Shown one piece after another: positions 12,601-24,572 of a DNA stretch of 64,000 nucleotides. Position 1 is the first letter of the stretch. Every line of letters begins with the position of its first letter. A program made the translations under genes and the position numbers. The stretch lies in assembly GCA_964016885.1 (NCBI GenBank), contig OZ024740.1, positions 286,440,001 through 286,504,000 of the forward strand, read 5' to 3'. The notes beneath the pieces were generated by a model. The model was not told the origin of the DNA. It did no database searches and saw only the letters and a program-made list of their open reading frames with translations. Origin of the DNA: Eledone cirrhosa (lineage: Eukaryota).

Positions 12601-15600
12601 TTACAAGGACCTTAGTCTTTGTCAGGTTGACTTTGAGACCCTTTCTTTCTAGTCCCTGCTTCCAAGTTTGGAATTTCTTCTCTAGTTCTACCATAGATTC
12701 AGCTATAAGTGCGAGGTCATCTGCATACAGGATTTCCCATGGGCATCCGGTCTTAAACTCCGCCATTATTGCCTGCAGAACTATGATGAACAGGAGAGGG
12801 CTAAGAACAGAGCCCTGGTGGACACCGACCTGTATGCTAAATTCCTCGCTATAGTCATTGTTAATCCTAACTTTGCTGACTGCTCCCCTATACATGGCTT
12901 GTACAGCTTTCACAAGCCATTCATCTACTCCTAGTTTTCTAAGATTCCACCAGATTATAGCACGGGGAACTCTATCAAAGGCTTTCTCGAGATCGACGAA
13001 TGCCAGGTAGAGCGGGTTACTTTTTGATAGGTACTTTTCCTGTAACTGCCTCAGAAGGAAGAGGGCATCAGTAGTGCCTCTTCCTGGCACAAACCCAAAT
13101 TGCATCTCAGCTAGTTTCACCCGGTCCCTAATCAACTGTGCTATAACTCTTTCTGTTACTTTCATGACCTGGTCCATCAGCTTTATACCTCTATAGTTTC
13201 CTCTATCTATTGCATCACCTTTACCTTTGTAGCAGTTGACAATGATGCTACTGCACCAATCCTTTGGTATGACACCTAGTATTACCTGGTTAACAATACG
13301 TGTGGTTATGGTGTGACCTATCGACCCAGATGCCTTCAACATCTCGGCAGCTATACCCGGTTGACCAGTTGTCTTCATATCTTTGATTGCCTTACTTACT
13401 ACACTGCTGCTGACTTGTACTGCGGGCCCCTTATTAGGGTCTCTTCTTCCCATGCATTCTCCTCATTTAGTAATCTATCATAATGGCTCTTCCACGCATC
13501 TTTCTTCTAAGCACTTGTGAGGGCAAGCTCACCTTTATCATTCTGGATACACTTCTCTCTGACACACTGCCTCGCAATCTTGAACACCTCCTGTCTCTGG
13601 CCCTCGTGTTGCAAAACATGCTTAAATTTTCTATCCTCTGCTTCCCTCCTAGCTAAGTATACTTGTTGCCTAGCTTCCCTCCTGGTCTCTATGTAATGTA
13701 CTCTGCTTCCCCCGTTCTTCCATTCTTTCCATGCCTGTCTCTTGGCCTTAACTGCCTCGTCTACCTTATTGTTCCTCCACCAAGTCACTCTCCTCCTGCC
13801 TGTGGTCTTACTCCAGCCCCAGATCTCATCCGTCTCCTTTAGTAAGTTATTATTTTTTAGGAACTCCCAGTGCTCTTCTACATTGAATGTCTCTGTCTGT
13901 TCTTCTTTACTGTCACAGGTGTTGAGTAAAATATCTTTAAATCTGTTACTGGCTGAGGGATCTTTCAGCTTCCAGAACTTTCTTCTCCAGGTTGGTCTAG
14001 TTCTGACCGTGAGGTCGCTGACAACTAAGCTATGTTGGGAGGTACATTCCTCACTAGGGAAGGCTTTTGTGTTTACGACCGTCCATCTGTCACGTCTTCT
14101 GAAGAGGATAAAATCTATCTGACAAGAATGCTCCTCTGATCTATAGGTGATCAGATGGTTGTTGGGTTTTTTGAAGTTTGTGTTACATATCGACATGTCA
14201 TTGGCGTCACAGAATTCTAGAAGCCTGATGCCTTCTTCATTTCTTGTGCCAACCCCATGGCCTCCATAGAAGCCGTCACGGTGTTTACCTATGTGTCCGT
14301 TAAAATCTCCTGCAATGATTAGGAAGTCATTGTCGTTTGTTAGAGCAGTAGTGTGCATTAGGGACTCGTAAAACATTACCTTAAGTTCGTCTGGCAACCC
14401 CGATTGGGGTGCGTAAGCAGATATTATTGTGGTAATTGTTTTATTCAGGAATAGTCTGAGTTTAATGATTCTTGCATTCACCCTGGTCACTGAGATTACC
14501 TTATCTACCCACTTGTCAGCTAGTAGGATACCTACACCACCCATCCCATCGTCATTTCCCACCCAGAAAAATTTGTAGCACCGACTTTTTCCTACAAGGA
14601 CTCTAGCAGACTCTCCTCTCGATCTAGTCTCTTGCATACAACATACATCAATTTCCTTTCGCTTTAGCATCTCTACAATTTCTCCTGCTCTTCCTTTCAT
14701 TGTGCTTACATTGATGGTTCCAACTCGGAGTTTTGGGCATTTGTCAACATTCGTGGGAAAGATAGGTAGCCATCATGGCCTATAGCATTTCAGGGCAAAA
14801 TAAACCGATACGAGTACCTATATTAGACAAGGCAAAATGTTAGGATTTCGAAGGGAGTAGATGACTTCATAGAGGCAGCGAAATGATAAATACAACAATA
14901 ATAATAATGTAAGAGAGAGAGGAAAGGAGTAGATGACTTCGTAGAGACAGTCATAGTGGCAGCATATCTTTCTTGGAACCAACCCTTTTAGTGCACTCAA
15001 AATTCATGCAAAGATATAGTACCTATTGTAATCTATGAGGGTTGGTTGAAAAGTTCATACACTGACTATGAAGGAGTGATGCTAGAGCTGTGAAATCATG
15101 CATGCATTAATTTCAATTCTTCTTATCAGTAACTGCATTGTTTCTTTCCAGGGGCTATGTTGAAAAATAAATCTGATTTGGTCATTCCATGAGAGTATCT
15201 TGGTCAGCCTTTTCAGTCGACTCTCAAACATATATATCAGCAGAGAAAAATAGACATACATACAATAATAAAAGATATAAAAGTAAATTTATTATGTTCA
15301 GCTAATATTTTACACCATACCTCACTTGAATTCCAACAAGTATCATCTCGACAGTCAAAGAGGCCACTTTTACCAAATTGTTTCACGTCACGGTTCAATA
15401 CAGAACTAACTCTAAAAGTAAAAATTTACATTGCCATAAATGTCTGCAAAACACACACAAGAAAAAAAGAAAAAAGAAATCCATTTTAAACTGTTTTATT
15501 ATTATATTTCTAATAAAAAGCACTGCCTATGATTTTCAAATCATTTTGAAAATAACTGGGAAGGATTTAGTCAAATAACTAACATTCTCATTAGTAAGTT

Positions 15601-17028
15601 GGTATTTGGAGTATAACTTAAAGATTCTTACATAAAATTGTAAAGTAGGCAGTTTGGTATATGTGAGTTCGCGTATTGCATATATATTAATATAAACGGC
15701 ATAATATTCCATACATTGCATAAATATTAATATAAATAGCTTAATGTCAGATCATCTTCTGCCTGCTAATGGTACCATGTGACCTAATACAACATACTGC
15801 ATGGTCGAGTGTTCAACAACTAAACCGGCTCAACCACCAGACCTTGGTCTGGTCATGAGAATAAATGGAACGCCAGCAGCAAAAAAAAAACAAGAGCTGT
15901 TAAAAGGGCGGATAAACTCCTAGGAGTTAACAGTAGCCTCACCAACCCGCAATTGGCCAAGCGTGGTGAATACGGCTACACCTATGACAACCAAAACCAA
16001 ACAGAAAGCGGTGGAGGTCAACAGGGACGGGATTCCTCCAACAGGAGTGAGAAGGCCATGAATTAGATTGGATTTCGAATATTCCATACGGAGTTGTTCC
16101 CCTTGATACGAAAATTTCAATACCATTTTACAGAGAAGGTAAAAGGATAAATGACAAAATGGGAAGGGTACATGATATAATATAGTTCTTTATATTACTA
16201 AAAAGACAAGATGGTCATGACAGACCTGCCATTGACCATAGGTTTATCAATCAGAGTTGACTGCGAGTATAGACAACAACCGGTGACTTATATGTAATGT
16301 CCCTTACATAAATAGCTACTAACACCTAGCTCAAGTGAGACCCACAATAGAATACTGCTCCACACTAGGAACTGTGATGCTGCTAAACACTGAAACCTAG
16401 AAATTCCTTAGCTTCAATTCAATTGCATCAAACCTATGTGAAATGAATTAAGTATATTTTATATAGCTAGTAAATATCACAAAATTTATCTACGGGAGTT
16501 ACTATTAAATGAAAAAATACACTACCAGAGCAAATAAAATTAGATAACGATCTTTGGTAAAGTGATAGACAGAATGTAAACAATGAAACTGACATTCTCC
16601 GTAACCATAAATGGGCCGTTAACTCCTGAGTCGTAAGGGACATTTCAACCACGGACTCCATCATTCTCTAGGTCTGTATACCAAAGATCGTCTATATACT
16701 CTCGATATATATTTAGACACACACACACATATATACGGCGAATGTTAATTTCATTGATTACATTCCGTCTACCACGAAATCCCATCAATTAGCTAATACT
16801 ACGCGACTTTTTATTTATATATTTTAAAATATCACTGGTCAATTGCCTTCTTCAAGACTGTTACACATGTGACGATATCGTTAGGGAGGGGGAGAATTCT
16901 AAAAAGAAAATAAAAGCTTAAAAAGTAAGAAACAATACAACAAAAATAAAATATACAGTTAATGTTGTATACTATTTCTGTAATAAAACTTACCGGGTTC
17001 GAGTTTTATCCTGAATTAATGAACACAT
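6480..17028 (-). CDS. NR2C2AP: Nuclear receptor 2C2-associated protein (TRA16), 4 coding exons: 17028-16994, 15411-15321, 8943-8764, 6608-6480; 144 aa
   Basis: Spliced translation MCSLIQDKTRTR|VSSVLNRDVKQFGKSGLFDCRDDTCWNSSE|GTPQWILVDLG...FQGGFAGK...FYPEDNSTLQ|IFPL...KIVFNTSTDFYGRIIVYKLDIIGVPLTEK* matches NR2C2AP motifs (RVSSVLNR..QFGK, TCWNS, FQGGF, FYPEDN..LQ, TDF.GR...Y.L). Exon phases join correctly. Confidence 0.95.
7400..8065 (-). mobile_element. RTE LINE 3' fragment inside the U12 intron
   Basis: QERRLHWYGHVMCMDDDCW...RKIWAEVVRADLKSL, homologous to the C-terminus of the RTE at 27-30 kb. Confidence 0.85.
8398..8692 (+). mobile_element. CR1-like LINE 3' end
   Basis: Closely matches 45930-46215 (RVAEAWNKLP region plus 3' UTR) and ends in an (ATT)n tail. 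Confidence 0.85.
8764..8943 (-). CDS. NR2C2AP: NR2C2AP coding exon 3
   Basis: TTGTCAG acceptor; 180 nt encoding GTPQW...PEDNSTLQ; followed by ATATCCTTT, a U12 donor. Confidence 0.93.
9112..9479 (-). mobile_element. Head-to-tail dimer of the ~185-bp tRNA-derived SINE
   Basis: Two copies (about 9112-9287 and 9291-9479) with A-box TGGCAGTATCGG and B-box GAGTTC(G/A)AATCC, a central GCCTTTCATCCTTAC.GGGTCGATAAAATAAAGTACC block and an ATT tail. Confidence 0.9.
10180..10410 (-). mobile_element. CRE-clade non-LTR retrotransposon C-terminal fragment
   Basis: FLFVLVAIKTPGVL...EPCEVGWLLQCVLLTIVHSNTFAIL parallels the C-terminus of the element at 54.8-55.0 kb (ESREGAWLFQRISLTITRGNAASVL). Confidence 0.7.
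11149..11340 (+). mobile_element. tRNA-derived SINE (MetaSINE-like central domain)
   Basis: Same family as 9112-9479; Pol III A and B boxes present. Confidence 0.9.
11473..14770 (-). mobile_element. Near full-length RTE-clade LINE (APE-RT-PHD), disrupted, in NR2C2AP intron 2
   Basis: APE endonuclease (DVCCMQET, ISAYAPQ, IAGDFNGH, QIDFIL, SQHSLV); RT (FVDLEKAFDRVP, GVHQGSVLSP, LYADD); C4HC3 finger; RRLRWYGHV C-terminus; (GAT)n tail at ~11473. Confidence 0.95.
15036..15226 (+). mobile_element. Internally deleted mariner (MITE-like)
   Basis: TA, then TGAGGGTTGGTTGAAAAG ... CTTTTCAGTCGACTCTCA imperfect TIRs. Contains a GYVEK* coding remnant resembling the mariner GDYVEK* transposase end. Confidence 0.7.
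15321..15411 (-). CDS. NR2C2AP: NR2C2AP coding exon 2
   Basis: TTTTAG acceptor and GTATG donor; encodes VSSVLNRDVKQFGKSGLFDCRDDTCWNSSE. Confidence 0.93.
16994..17028 (-). CDS. NR2C2AP: NR2C2AP coding exon 1
   Basis: ATG at 17028-17026, 35 nt, donor GTAAGT; phase 2 joins exon 2 to form Arg (CG|A). Confidence 0.8.
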
Positions 17029-17202
17029 GTTCGTAGAGCGAGAAAGAGATCACCGACCGGTGTTTACTAAAAATGCCCCTAGTTTGTTGATGACCAGTAA
17101 AAAAGATGTACAAAAATATGGAAATTGCAACATATGCCGCTGTAGAAAGTAACATATACATGGCATGATTGATGAGATTTCCGCTAAACAAAAATCCCCT
17201 TG

Positions 17203-17218
17203 AATTTGACGTCAAATT
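17203..17218. promoter_or_regulatory. Perfect 16-bp palindrome with CRE/ATF core upstream of NR2C2AP
   Basis: AATTTGACGTCAAATT, containing TGACGTCA, 175 bp upstream of the NR2C2AP ATG. Confidence 0.5.
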
Positions 17219-18289
17219 TTGCTATTATCTCTAAGAGCAGTTTACACATTAATTTATTACAATGTAGTAAGAGATTACAGCACGTATTCCATTCACTCAC
17301 AGCCGGCACATATATAATTTAGCGCCCTATGCTAGGCTTACAATTTACGCCCCTACTCCTAGTTATGCATCATGTTCTCCCAAGTAAAATAATTTTTACT
17401 TGGAGTTTGGCCAACAAAAGAATCTAGTTTTTGACCACACTAAGAAGATTACTAAGCTTGCCTTTTCCACTACACAGTCCATACTCAGCCTTGCCAAATC
17501 GTGTTATAAGCCATAACACCATACGGCCCTGTTATTTGGCAATTATGTTTAGTGAACTAGATTTGTCAGCTTACCAAACTGTAAGTTGAAATTATTTCAG
17601 GGTGCTAAATACCCAGGTGTTAGATCTGCTTAGCCTTCTAATGAAAAACATTGTGTAGTATCCTAATTTGAATACAACATCAATCTCCTTGTAATTTAAA
17701 ACACACATTTTGGAATTTCATAAATTTTGCAGCAGACTTAAGCCAATTAGCAATACCAGTTGATTGATTGAATGAATGTATTCTTTTTACTTGTTTCAGT
17801 CATTGAACTGCAGCACCGCATTGATTTAGTTGCTAATATTGATCCCAGTACTTATTTTTTCAAGTCTAGTATATATTTTATCAACCGCTTTTTGTTGAAC
17901 CACTAAATTATGGGACATAAACACACACACACACAATACATATATGATGAGCTTCTGCAGTTTCTGTTTGTCAAATTCCACTCGTAGGGCATTGGTCAAC
18001 AGTATGTTGGAAGGGAGGGAAATTCTTGCAAACTTCCTTAGCTATGAAACTAATGATGCGAGCTGAATTAAGTAAAGTGTCAATACATTGCAGCTTTTTC
18101 AAGCCTATTTCTTTGGTATATCTTTGTCATATCAAGTATTATGGATGCTGTTGTGGTTGTTTTTGACCAATATGTTCAGGAAAAATAGGTTACCCTTTTC
18201 GAGTTGATGCAAGTTTTAATGGTTGCTGAACAACCGAGGTAATCATGGTAGCAGCTAGTACAATAGAGCACATTCTACTGCAGTTGGAA

Positions 18290-18985
18290 TCTAAAAATAT
18301 TGTCAGTACACCCAGCATAAACTTTGGGTGCACTAGAGATGTAGCAGGATAGGCTAAGAGAGAAAAGAGATTTTGTGTGTGGTCAGTGCATAAAGATAGT
18401 TAGTAATAAGAGCACCAGCAGTTGATTGCCTTCTGTTAACTAGGTGGTCAAATTAGCTTGGAGGAAGGTGCTTCAAAACCATAGCATTGTAGCTAGATTC
18501 AGAACAGAGTAGAAAAATTGTAGAGAACTATTACTACTGCTGGCATCAAATGTTTTCTCTCTCCAATTGAAAGGTCGGTCATATAATGCCTGCATATAAA
18601 ATTCCATATTGCATGGTAGTGAGACAAGGACATTGAATGTGCGAAGGCTAGAAAGAAATGAATTGAGTATGCTCTGCTGGATGTGTAATTTTAGTGTGTA
18701 TGACTGATGAAGTACAGTTACGTTGAAAGAAAAACTGGACATAAGAGGAATCAGATGTAGTGTGCAAGCGTGAAGATATAATACATATGAATGATAATCA
18801 TTGTGGGAAGAAATAGAAAGCAGCAGCAGAAGAGGAAATAAGAAAACCCTGTACAGAAATAGCAAGAACTCATCTCAAAATGCTGAATCTCACACAGGAG
18901 ATGACAAAGGATTGTAAGTGGAAGAAAGTTGTGCTGGAGAGTACTCACTCAACTCATGCAAGCATGGAAAAGCATACATAGAAAT
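18290..18985 (+). mobile_element. Old degenerate RTE LINE 3' fragment
   Basis: Recognisable HGSET / LERNE / CWMC coding remnants, plus a CATGCAAGCATGG 3' hairpin motif. Confidence 0.75.
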
Positions 18986-20186
18986 TATGGTTGTATTTTA
19001 TAGATTAATGAAGGATAACTATTGTAGCATTATAGTTAATTTAATCAGCAATATGGTTGAAGATTAAAAAGGAGACGTTAGTAGACAGGGTCAGCTTTTG
19101 TTGATCAGTTGAGTCTGGGAATTCAGCAGGAAAATTTAGGAATGTAGTTTTCTCATGTGTCTACTATGTGATTGTGTCTAATGAAGTGTCATGAAAATGA
19201 AATGACTGGAGAATTATTTTCATTGCTATTCTATTTCACTGGAAAAAGACATGTTCTGGTTAAACTTCTGAAAATAATTGTTTCTAAGGTTTAGCTAAAT
19301 AATAAATTGCTGTGAAGAGAAATACTTGCCAAAAATCTCAGGACTGTGATGACTGAGCATTCACTGTGCTAGAAAAGAATTTCTCACAGTAACTCTAAAA
19401 GTAAATGTGGTGATTGATTGGAGACTGTGTGGAATGGAAGGGTCCCTTTTAGCCTGCAGTGAATGAGACAACCTGAGGGAATGCACTTGGTAAACCTTGA
19501 AAAGTGGCTGAAGAACAAACAATTACCATGGAGTAGAGAAAATCCCTTAATCTTGCTGAAGAGTTGACAACCTCTTTAATGGTGGTGCTATGATAAAATG
19601 CATCTAGTATACTCAGTAAAGTGGTTGGTGATTGAATGGAAACAATAAAGGATTGGGAAGGCTCTTTAATCTGGCTGAGCACATGACAACCTCTCTAGTG
19701 TTGATGCCCCAAGAGCATCCAATCATAGAAGTCATGCTAGAATAGGGAACATTTGAGTAAGACGTAGTTATCTGACTATGTCTTTTCTCAGACTGCAATG
19801 ACTTCTCCAACCCATACTAGTGTAAAGGTGTCTATTTTCATTGCATTTAGCTGCCTACCTGCCTTCAAATAAAGTATGAAATAATGCATTTGAACTGAAA
19901 GTAATAATAATGATTTTATAGCAGGATAACGTTTTGAAAAGTGGGTTCTCTCATTTGTCACTTTAGTTAAAACCAAGCAATGGGTGTGTTGTGAAAATAA
20001 AAGCCATGAATACATTTTGAAATATTGCAAAACAAAATATGGACCAAATACATATAACAGTATTTGTTTACGACTTTTGATCACTTTTTTCTGCAGATAT
20101 GCTGATTCAGCAACCTCATTTACATTGAGTACTGGGTGCTTTTTTTACTGTGGTGCCTTCACGCAATTATTCATTTTAGCATTCAT

Positions 20187-20372
20187 TGGTGAATTGGCAG
20201 TATCAGTAGAGGGTCGGACATGCTTTCTAGCATAGAGTTACGTCCCTTTACGATCTGAGTTCAAATCCCGCTGAGGTTAACTTTGCCTTTCATCCATACG
20301 GGGTCGATAAAATAAAGTACCAGTAATGTAGTGGGTAATTGCTGGCCTTGTGCCAAAAGTAGAAACAATTAT
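20187..20372 (+). mobile_element. tRNA-derived SINE
   Basis: Same family as 11149-11340. Confidence 0.88.
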
Positions 20373-22372
20373 TATTTATTAAACACATTCTAATTTCCTT
20401 CTTGTGTCCTTTTAATGGTCTTCAGATGCTTGTAACATCAATTATTCAAAATTTGTAATAAAAAAAATTAAAAAAAGTTTTTTTTCTAATTAAAAAAAAA
20501 AAAATGTTTAATCAGAAACTTAGTGTTCGAACGTTTACATCTGTTTGAAAGTATATAAAATTATTTTTTTAGCATTTAGGGTGTATAAATATATTTTATT
20601 TAGATTTGAAAGCATTTTCTAAACAGTTCCGTTTCATTAAGGATGTGAATGTAATCACAAATATAAAGAAATTTTTATACTGTTGAAATGCAAATGAAAC
20701 ATTTATATACAAAATAAAACTACTGCAGCTGTAAATCCTATAACCCTAACTATCTACGGAATAAAAAAAATAGTTAAAGATATATTTTACAAATGCTGAA
20801 CTTCTAATGTTCAAAACAAAAATTCGAAGACTGTTTTTATTATATAAAAAAGCACAATAAAAAGTTAGTGGGTGTTTAACAAAAAGGAACACTAAAATGA
20901 ACAAGTGTTTAATTTTGTACTGTGAGCTGGATTTTCAAAGATTTGTTTATAAATTATATCATTGGGTGATTCAAGTTAATTTCTTAATTGTTTATCTTTA
21001 GAACTAACATTTAAATGATTAATTTAACTTCCAAATGTGACATCATGTGACAAACTGTTGAAGACTCTGAGGCCAAGGGTAAAAGCAATGCAGAATTTAA
21101 AGAGATGTTCACTCAAGGATAGTAAAGTGGTTTCAAACATTATGAGTAAAATGAGCTTCATTAATTTTGAAGTCTCAAATTTAACTTCTAAAAGCTAGTT
21201 TGTAATTATCTGGATAGCCAATATGTCGCTATATATAAGTGCTATATTCATTTAACAGCTTTGCAATTTTATCATCATTTTAAGTCCATTTTCCCATGAT
21301 TGCATGAATTGGATGGGTCTTCTCCAGCACAGCTCTCTATTTGTTGCATTACTTTGTCATGTGAGGTTTAGTGTTTTTAGATCAGTTCTCACCAATTCTG
21401 CCAAGTTTTCCTCAATTAATAGCCATTTGACCCACTGCACAACTGATTAAGTTCTCTTTGCAAATGGTTTGGGATCCAATTTCTTGGACTAGTGTCTTCC
21501 ACTAAAACTGTGGGAAATTTGGTAGAAACTATAGAAATTTAAAGAGACCATTTCTCTTCTTGTGAGGTAGAATCAATCTGACATCTGGTTTAACACCATC
21601 ACCTGGTCCTTGAGTGCTTTTAGCTAAATCCACTCTGTTGTAAGCATTCAAGCCAGGTGTTCAGTCTTCCTCTTTTATTGCGCCTAGGCATTTTCTAAGC
21701 TATAAAACATCATGGATCCTCTATTTCTTTACATAACTTTTTAAAATGGAACTTTCCATCATAAGCACAAATAGCAATAACAAATCACTTCTAAGTGTAT
21801 TTAACAGGAATACTTCAGGTAACGCAACATTAGAAAGGAAGGGGATCCAGGCATATACAGGTTTGCAAATATATCACAATAATTTACTAATACTGCAACT
21901 GTGAGAAACCAAAGGAAAAACAAGTTTGGTGGAATTTTCATCAAAGATTGTGAAGTTAGTTAATTGTCAATGTGAAAATAATGTACAATTTCTAAAAAAA
22001 ATAATATATTGCTTTTATAAACAAATATTATAGCCAGTCTTTCTACAATAATGTAGCAAGGACTAACCACCTTCTTTTCTGTGAATAAAACTGGAATTAT
22101 CAATCTGTTTGACATAGATATGATTTCATTATCAATTGATTAAAATCTGTTCTCTCTTCCAATAATTCTAGAAGTCATCTTAAGGGTACTGTTTTTGACA
22201 ATATTCTTCCATCTTTACCAATGATATTCTGGAGAGAACAACAAAAAGTGCACTTATATGATGTGGTTTCTATAAATGATTGAAGTGGGGAACAGCAGAA
22301 TCAGAATGGTACCTTTGGTGAATCACACACTTGGGTTAGATGAGTGACTGTTACTATTAAAATAGAGGGCAA

Positions 22373-22678
22373 TGGATTGGTAGTATGGGTAGAGCGTCAG
22401 GCACAATGGTGTCAAGGTAGGAGCGTCCACGCTGCGGCCCTGGGACTATTGATAAGATACTGCTAATCCTATCACCACCACAAGCAACAGTTATAAGTGT
22501 GGGCACGATAAGAAGTCAGACACTATGTTTTGCAGCATACAGTTATGGCTCTTTACGTCCTGAGTTCAAATCCCGCCGAGGTTGGCTTGCCTTTCAGCCT
22601 TACGGGGCGATAAAATAAAGTACCAGTAATACACTAGGGTAATTGCTGGCCTTGTGCCAAAAGTAGAAACAATTATTA
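22373..22678 (+). mobile_element. tRNA-derived SINE with ~115-bp extra sequence between the A and B boxes
   Basis: Head GGATTGGTAGTATGGGTAGAG, then unrelated sequence, then B box GAGTTCAAATCC with the normal body and tail. Confidence 0.75.
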
Positions 22679-24033
22679 AAATATAGTCATATATGCTTTC
22701 TATAGAAAGAATAATTTCAGCTATAACATTATTTTAATTTGATGCAAATTAGCAGATTTATTCAGTTTTGAAAATATTTAATAAATGTCGTTTGGTGTGT
22801 AGTGGGAAGTTTAATTTCTATATTAAACCATTCCTAACAATTTACTGTAGATTCTAGTAATGTTCCTGTACTACAATTAATTGCCCACAAAATTGTTTAG
22901 TATGAGAAACCCAATTTCACCCAAAAGGTTTTCTGGGGTCGACTCGAGGTCAATGCCAAGAATTAGTTACTGGTTCTAAATTATTATTTAGCTAAGTTTT
23001 TTTTTAACCATACAGTTTAATGCATCAAATTAACAAAAAATGGTAAGATGTGATTTGGGAACGTTGTGACAACCACTTCTATCGGGTCAAGCGACTACGT
23101 AAGGTTACCGTGTTTGGCTTGTCCTATAAGATTGTTTATCACTTTGTGTGATTTGACCCTGTTGTTTACCTCCTACGTGATGTAACTCCATTTAAACATA
23201 AATTCTATCAGATTATTTCCCAATAAAGATATTAAAATTTAATGAATTTGTTTCGGGAGATTAATTAGTTAAAACGCTGAACATTTTAACTTCCAAGCAT
23301 AGAAAATTAAAGGGTTAACCTTCGTTTTAAGATCAGACAACTTCCGGTTGTTTACGTGAGTGAAATTGACACTAAAAACAAAATTATGAACATAATCGCT
23401 ATCTGTATCTTTGAAAATGTATTCCTGCAAAATACAAATTATTAAGAAAGTTATGAGGAAAGAACATCAGATGGAGGTGCTAAGTTGTAGTTTATATATA
23501 TATATATATTACTGTTGTGGTTTTAAAATTAAATTGTTCCACTCATGGAAATTATCAGTAATTGTTTGTGATATTAAAACGAAAGATTGTCAGAAACTTC
23601 ATCTTAAACCGTTTTGCCAATAAGAAACGGTTTAACAACAACGAAACAAAATACATAAAAGTGAGGAGAAACCAGTACGAGTGTTTACATGTATGCATAC
23701 ATGCACATATACAGACACACATTAACATTTATATATATGTATCAATAGTAAAAAAGAAGTAAGACGAGCGCAAATACTAGATATTTATATATTTACGATT
23801 TCAAGTTGTTAAGAGAATTCTATTGATGGTGACAAGTAAAGAAACAGTTCATATATTCTGTCCCAAAAGTATCATGAATTCTCATACTCCATGGAAACGA
23901 GAACAAGTCAAGGTGAATCTGGATGCATTTGGTATTACTCAAATCTCTCATTTTCACAATAACTTTGAACACTGCCACATCTTCAGTAGAAAGGGTCATC
24001 TTTCAATAAAATCTTCTATGGTAGTTTTGTTGG

Positions 24034-24321
24034 TTATCCACTGTTAGATAAAGAATTTACTGCTTCTAAAACATCGCCGGCTGTAAACCCAGTGAGTGGC
24101 AAACTGGATTCCCTGCCATATTCATATCGTGCGAATATCTTCGGTTGGATTCCACTACATTCTCGAATAAGAATGGGAAGATGAGGATTACTCTGCTTAA
24201 TTGTTATATAGTGCTGTTCTATAAAGTCACGTACACCTTTACTTGAGCTGCATCTCTGACATAGATGCAACCTCAATTCTTTTAAATGTTGACCGAAGCG
24301 AACAGCTTTGTAAGCAGCCAT
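24034..24321 (-). CDS. NDUFA2: NADH dehydrogenase [ubiquinone] 1 alpha subcomplex subunit 2 (CI-B8), single exon, 95 aa
   Basis: MAAYKAVRFGQHLKELRLHLCQRCSSSKGVRDFIEQHYITIKQSNPHLPILIRECSGIQPKIFARYEYGRE... contains the NDUFA2 hallmarks LHLCQ, GVRDFIE, NP.LPILIRECS and ARY..G.E. True start is AAAATGGCTGC at 24321; the longer ORF call runs into a SINE. Confidence 0.95.
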   Translation of the reverse strand: MAAYKAVRFGQHLKELRLHLCQRCSSSKGVRDFIEQHYITIKQSNPHLPILIRECSGIQPKIFARYEYGRESSLPLTGFTAGDVLEAVNSLSNSG

Positions 24322-24389
24322 TTTGACCTTCGCTTCGCAGGAGTTCTCTGCCTTGGTTTCTAAGGTAGTTCTATTATTACCTCCCTTTC

Positions 24390-24572
24390 GGTGGATTGGC
24401 AGTATCGGTAGAGGGTCGGACGTCATGCTTTGACGCATAGAGTTACGGCCCTTGCCATTCTGAGTTCAAATCCCGCCAAGGTTAACTTTGCCTTTCATCC
24501 TTACGGGGTCGATAAAATAAAGTACCAGTAATGTACTGAGTGATTGCTGGCCTTGTGCCAATAGTAGAAACA
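24390..24572 (+). mobile_element. tRNA-derived SINE with 17-bp target-site duplication
   Basis: ATTATTACCTCCCTTTC flanks both sides (24373-24389 and 24573-24589). Confidence 0.95.

Noticed and set aside
14770-14950. Hammerhead-like relics (CTAATAT...GAAA; CTATGA...GAAA) on the minus strand
   Set aside because: Core has multiple substitutions or deletions and the stems are poor; too degenerate to call.
15760-16130. GC-richer intronic segment resembling a LINE 5' UTR, possible HDV-like ribozyme
   Set aside because: Could not establish the nested double pseudoknot by eye; left uncalled.
19449-19810. Minus-strand ORFs as possible exons
   Set aside because: No recognisable protein family and no convincing splice-site pair.
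24322-24438. N-terminal extension of the NDUFA2 ORF (134-aa call)
   Set aside because: The extension starts at a non-ATG codon inside an antisense SINE; homology begins at MAAYK (24321).
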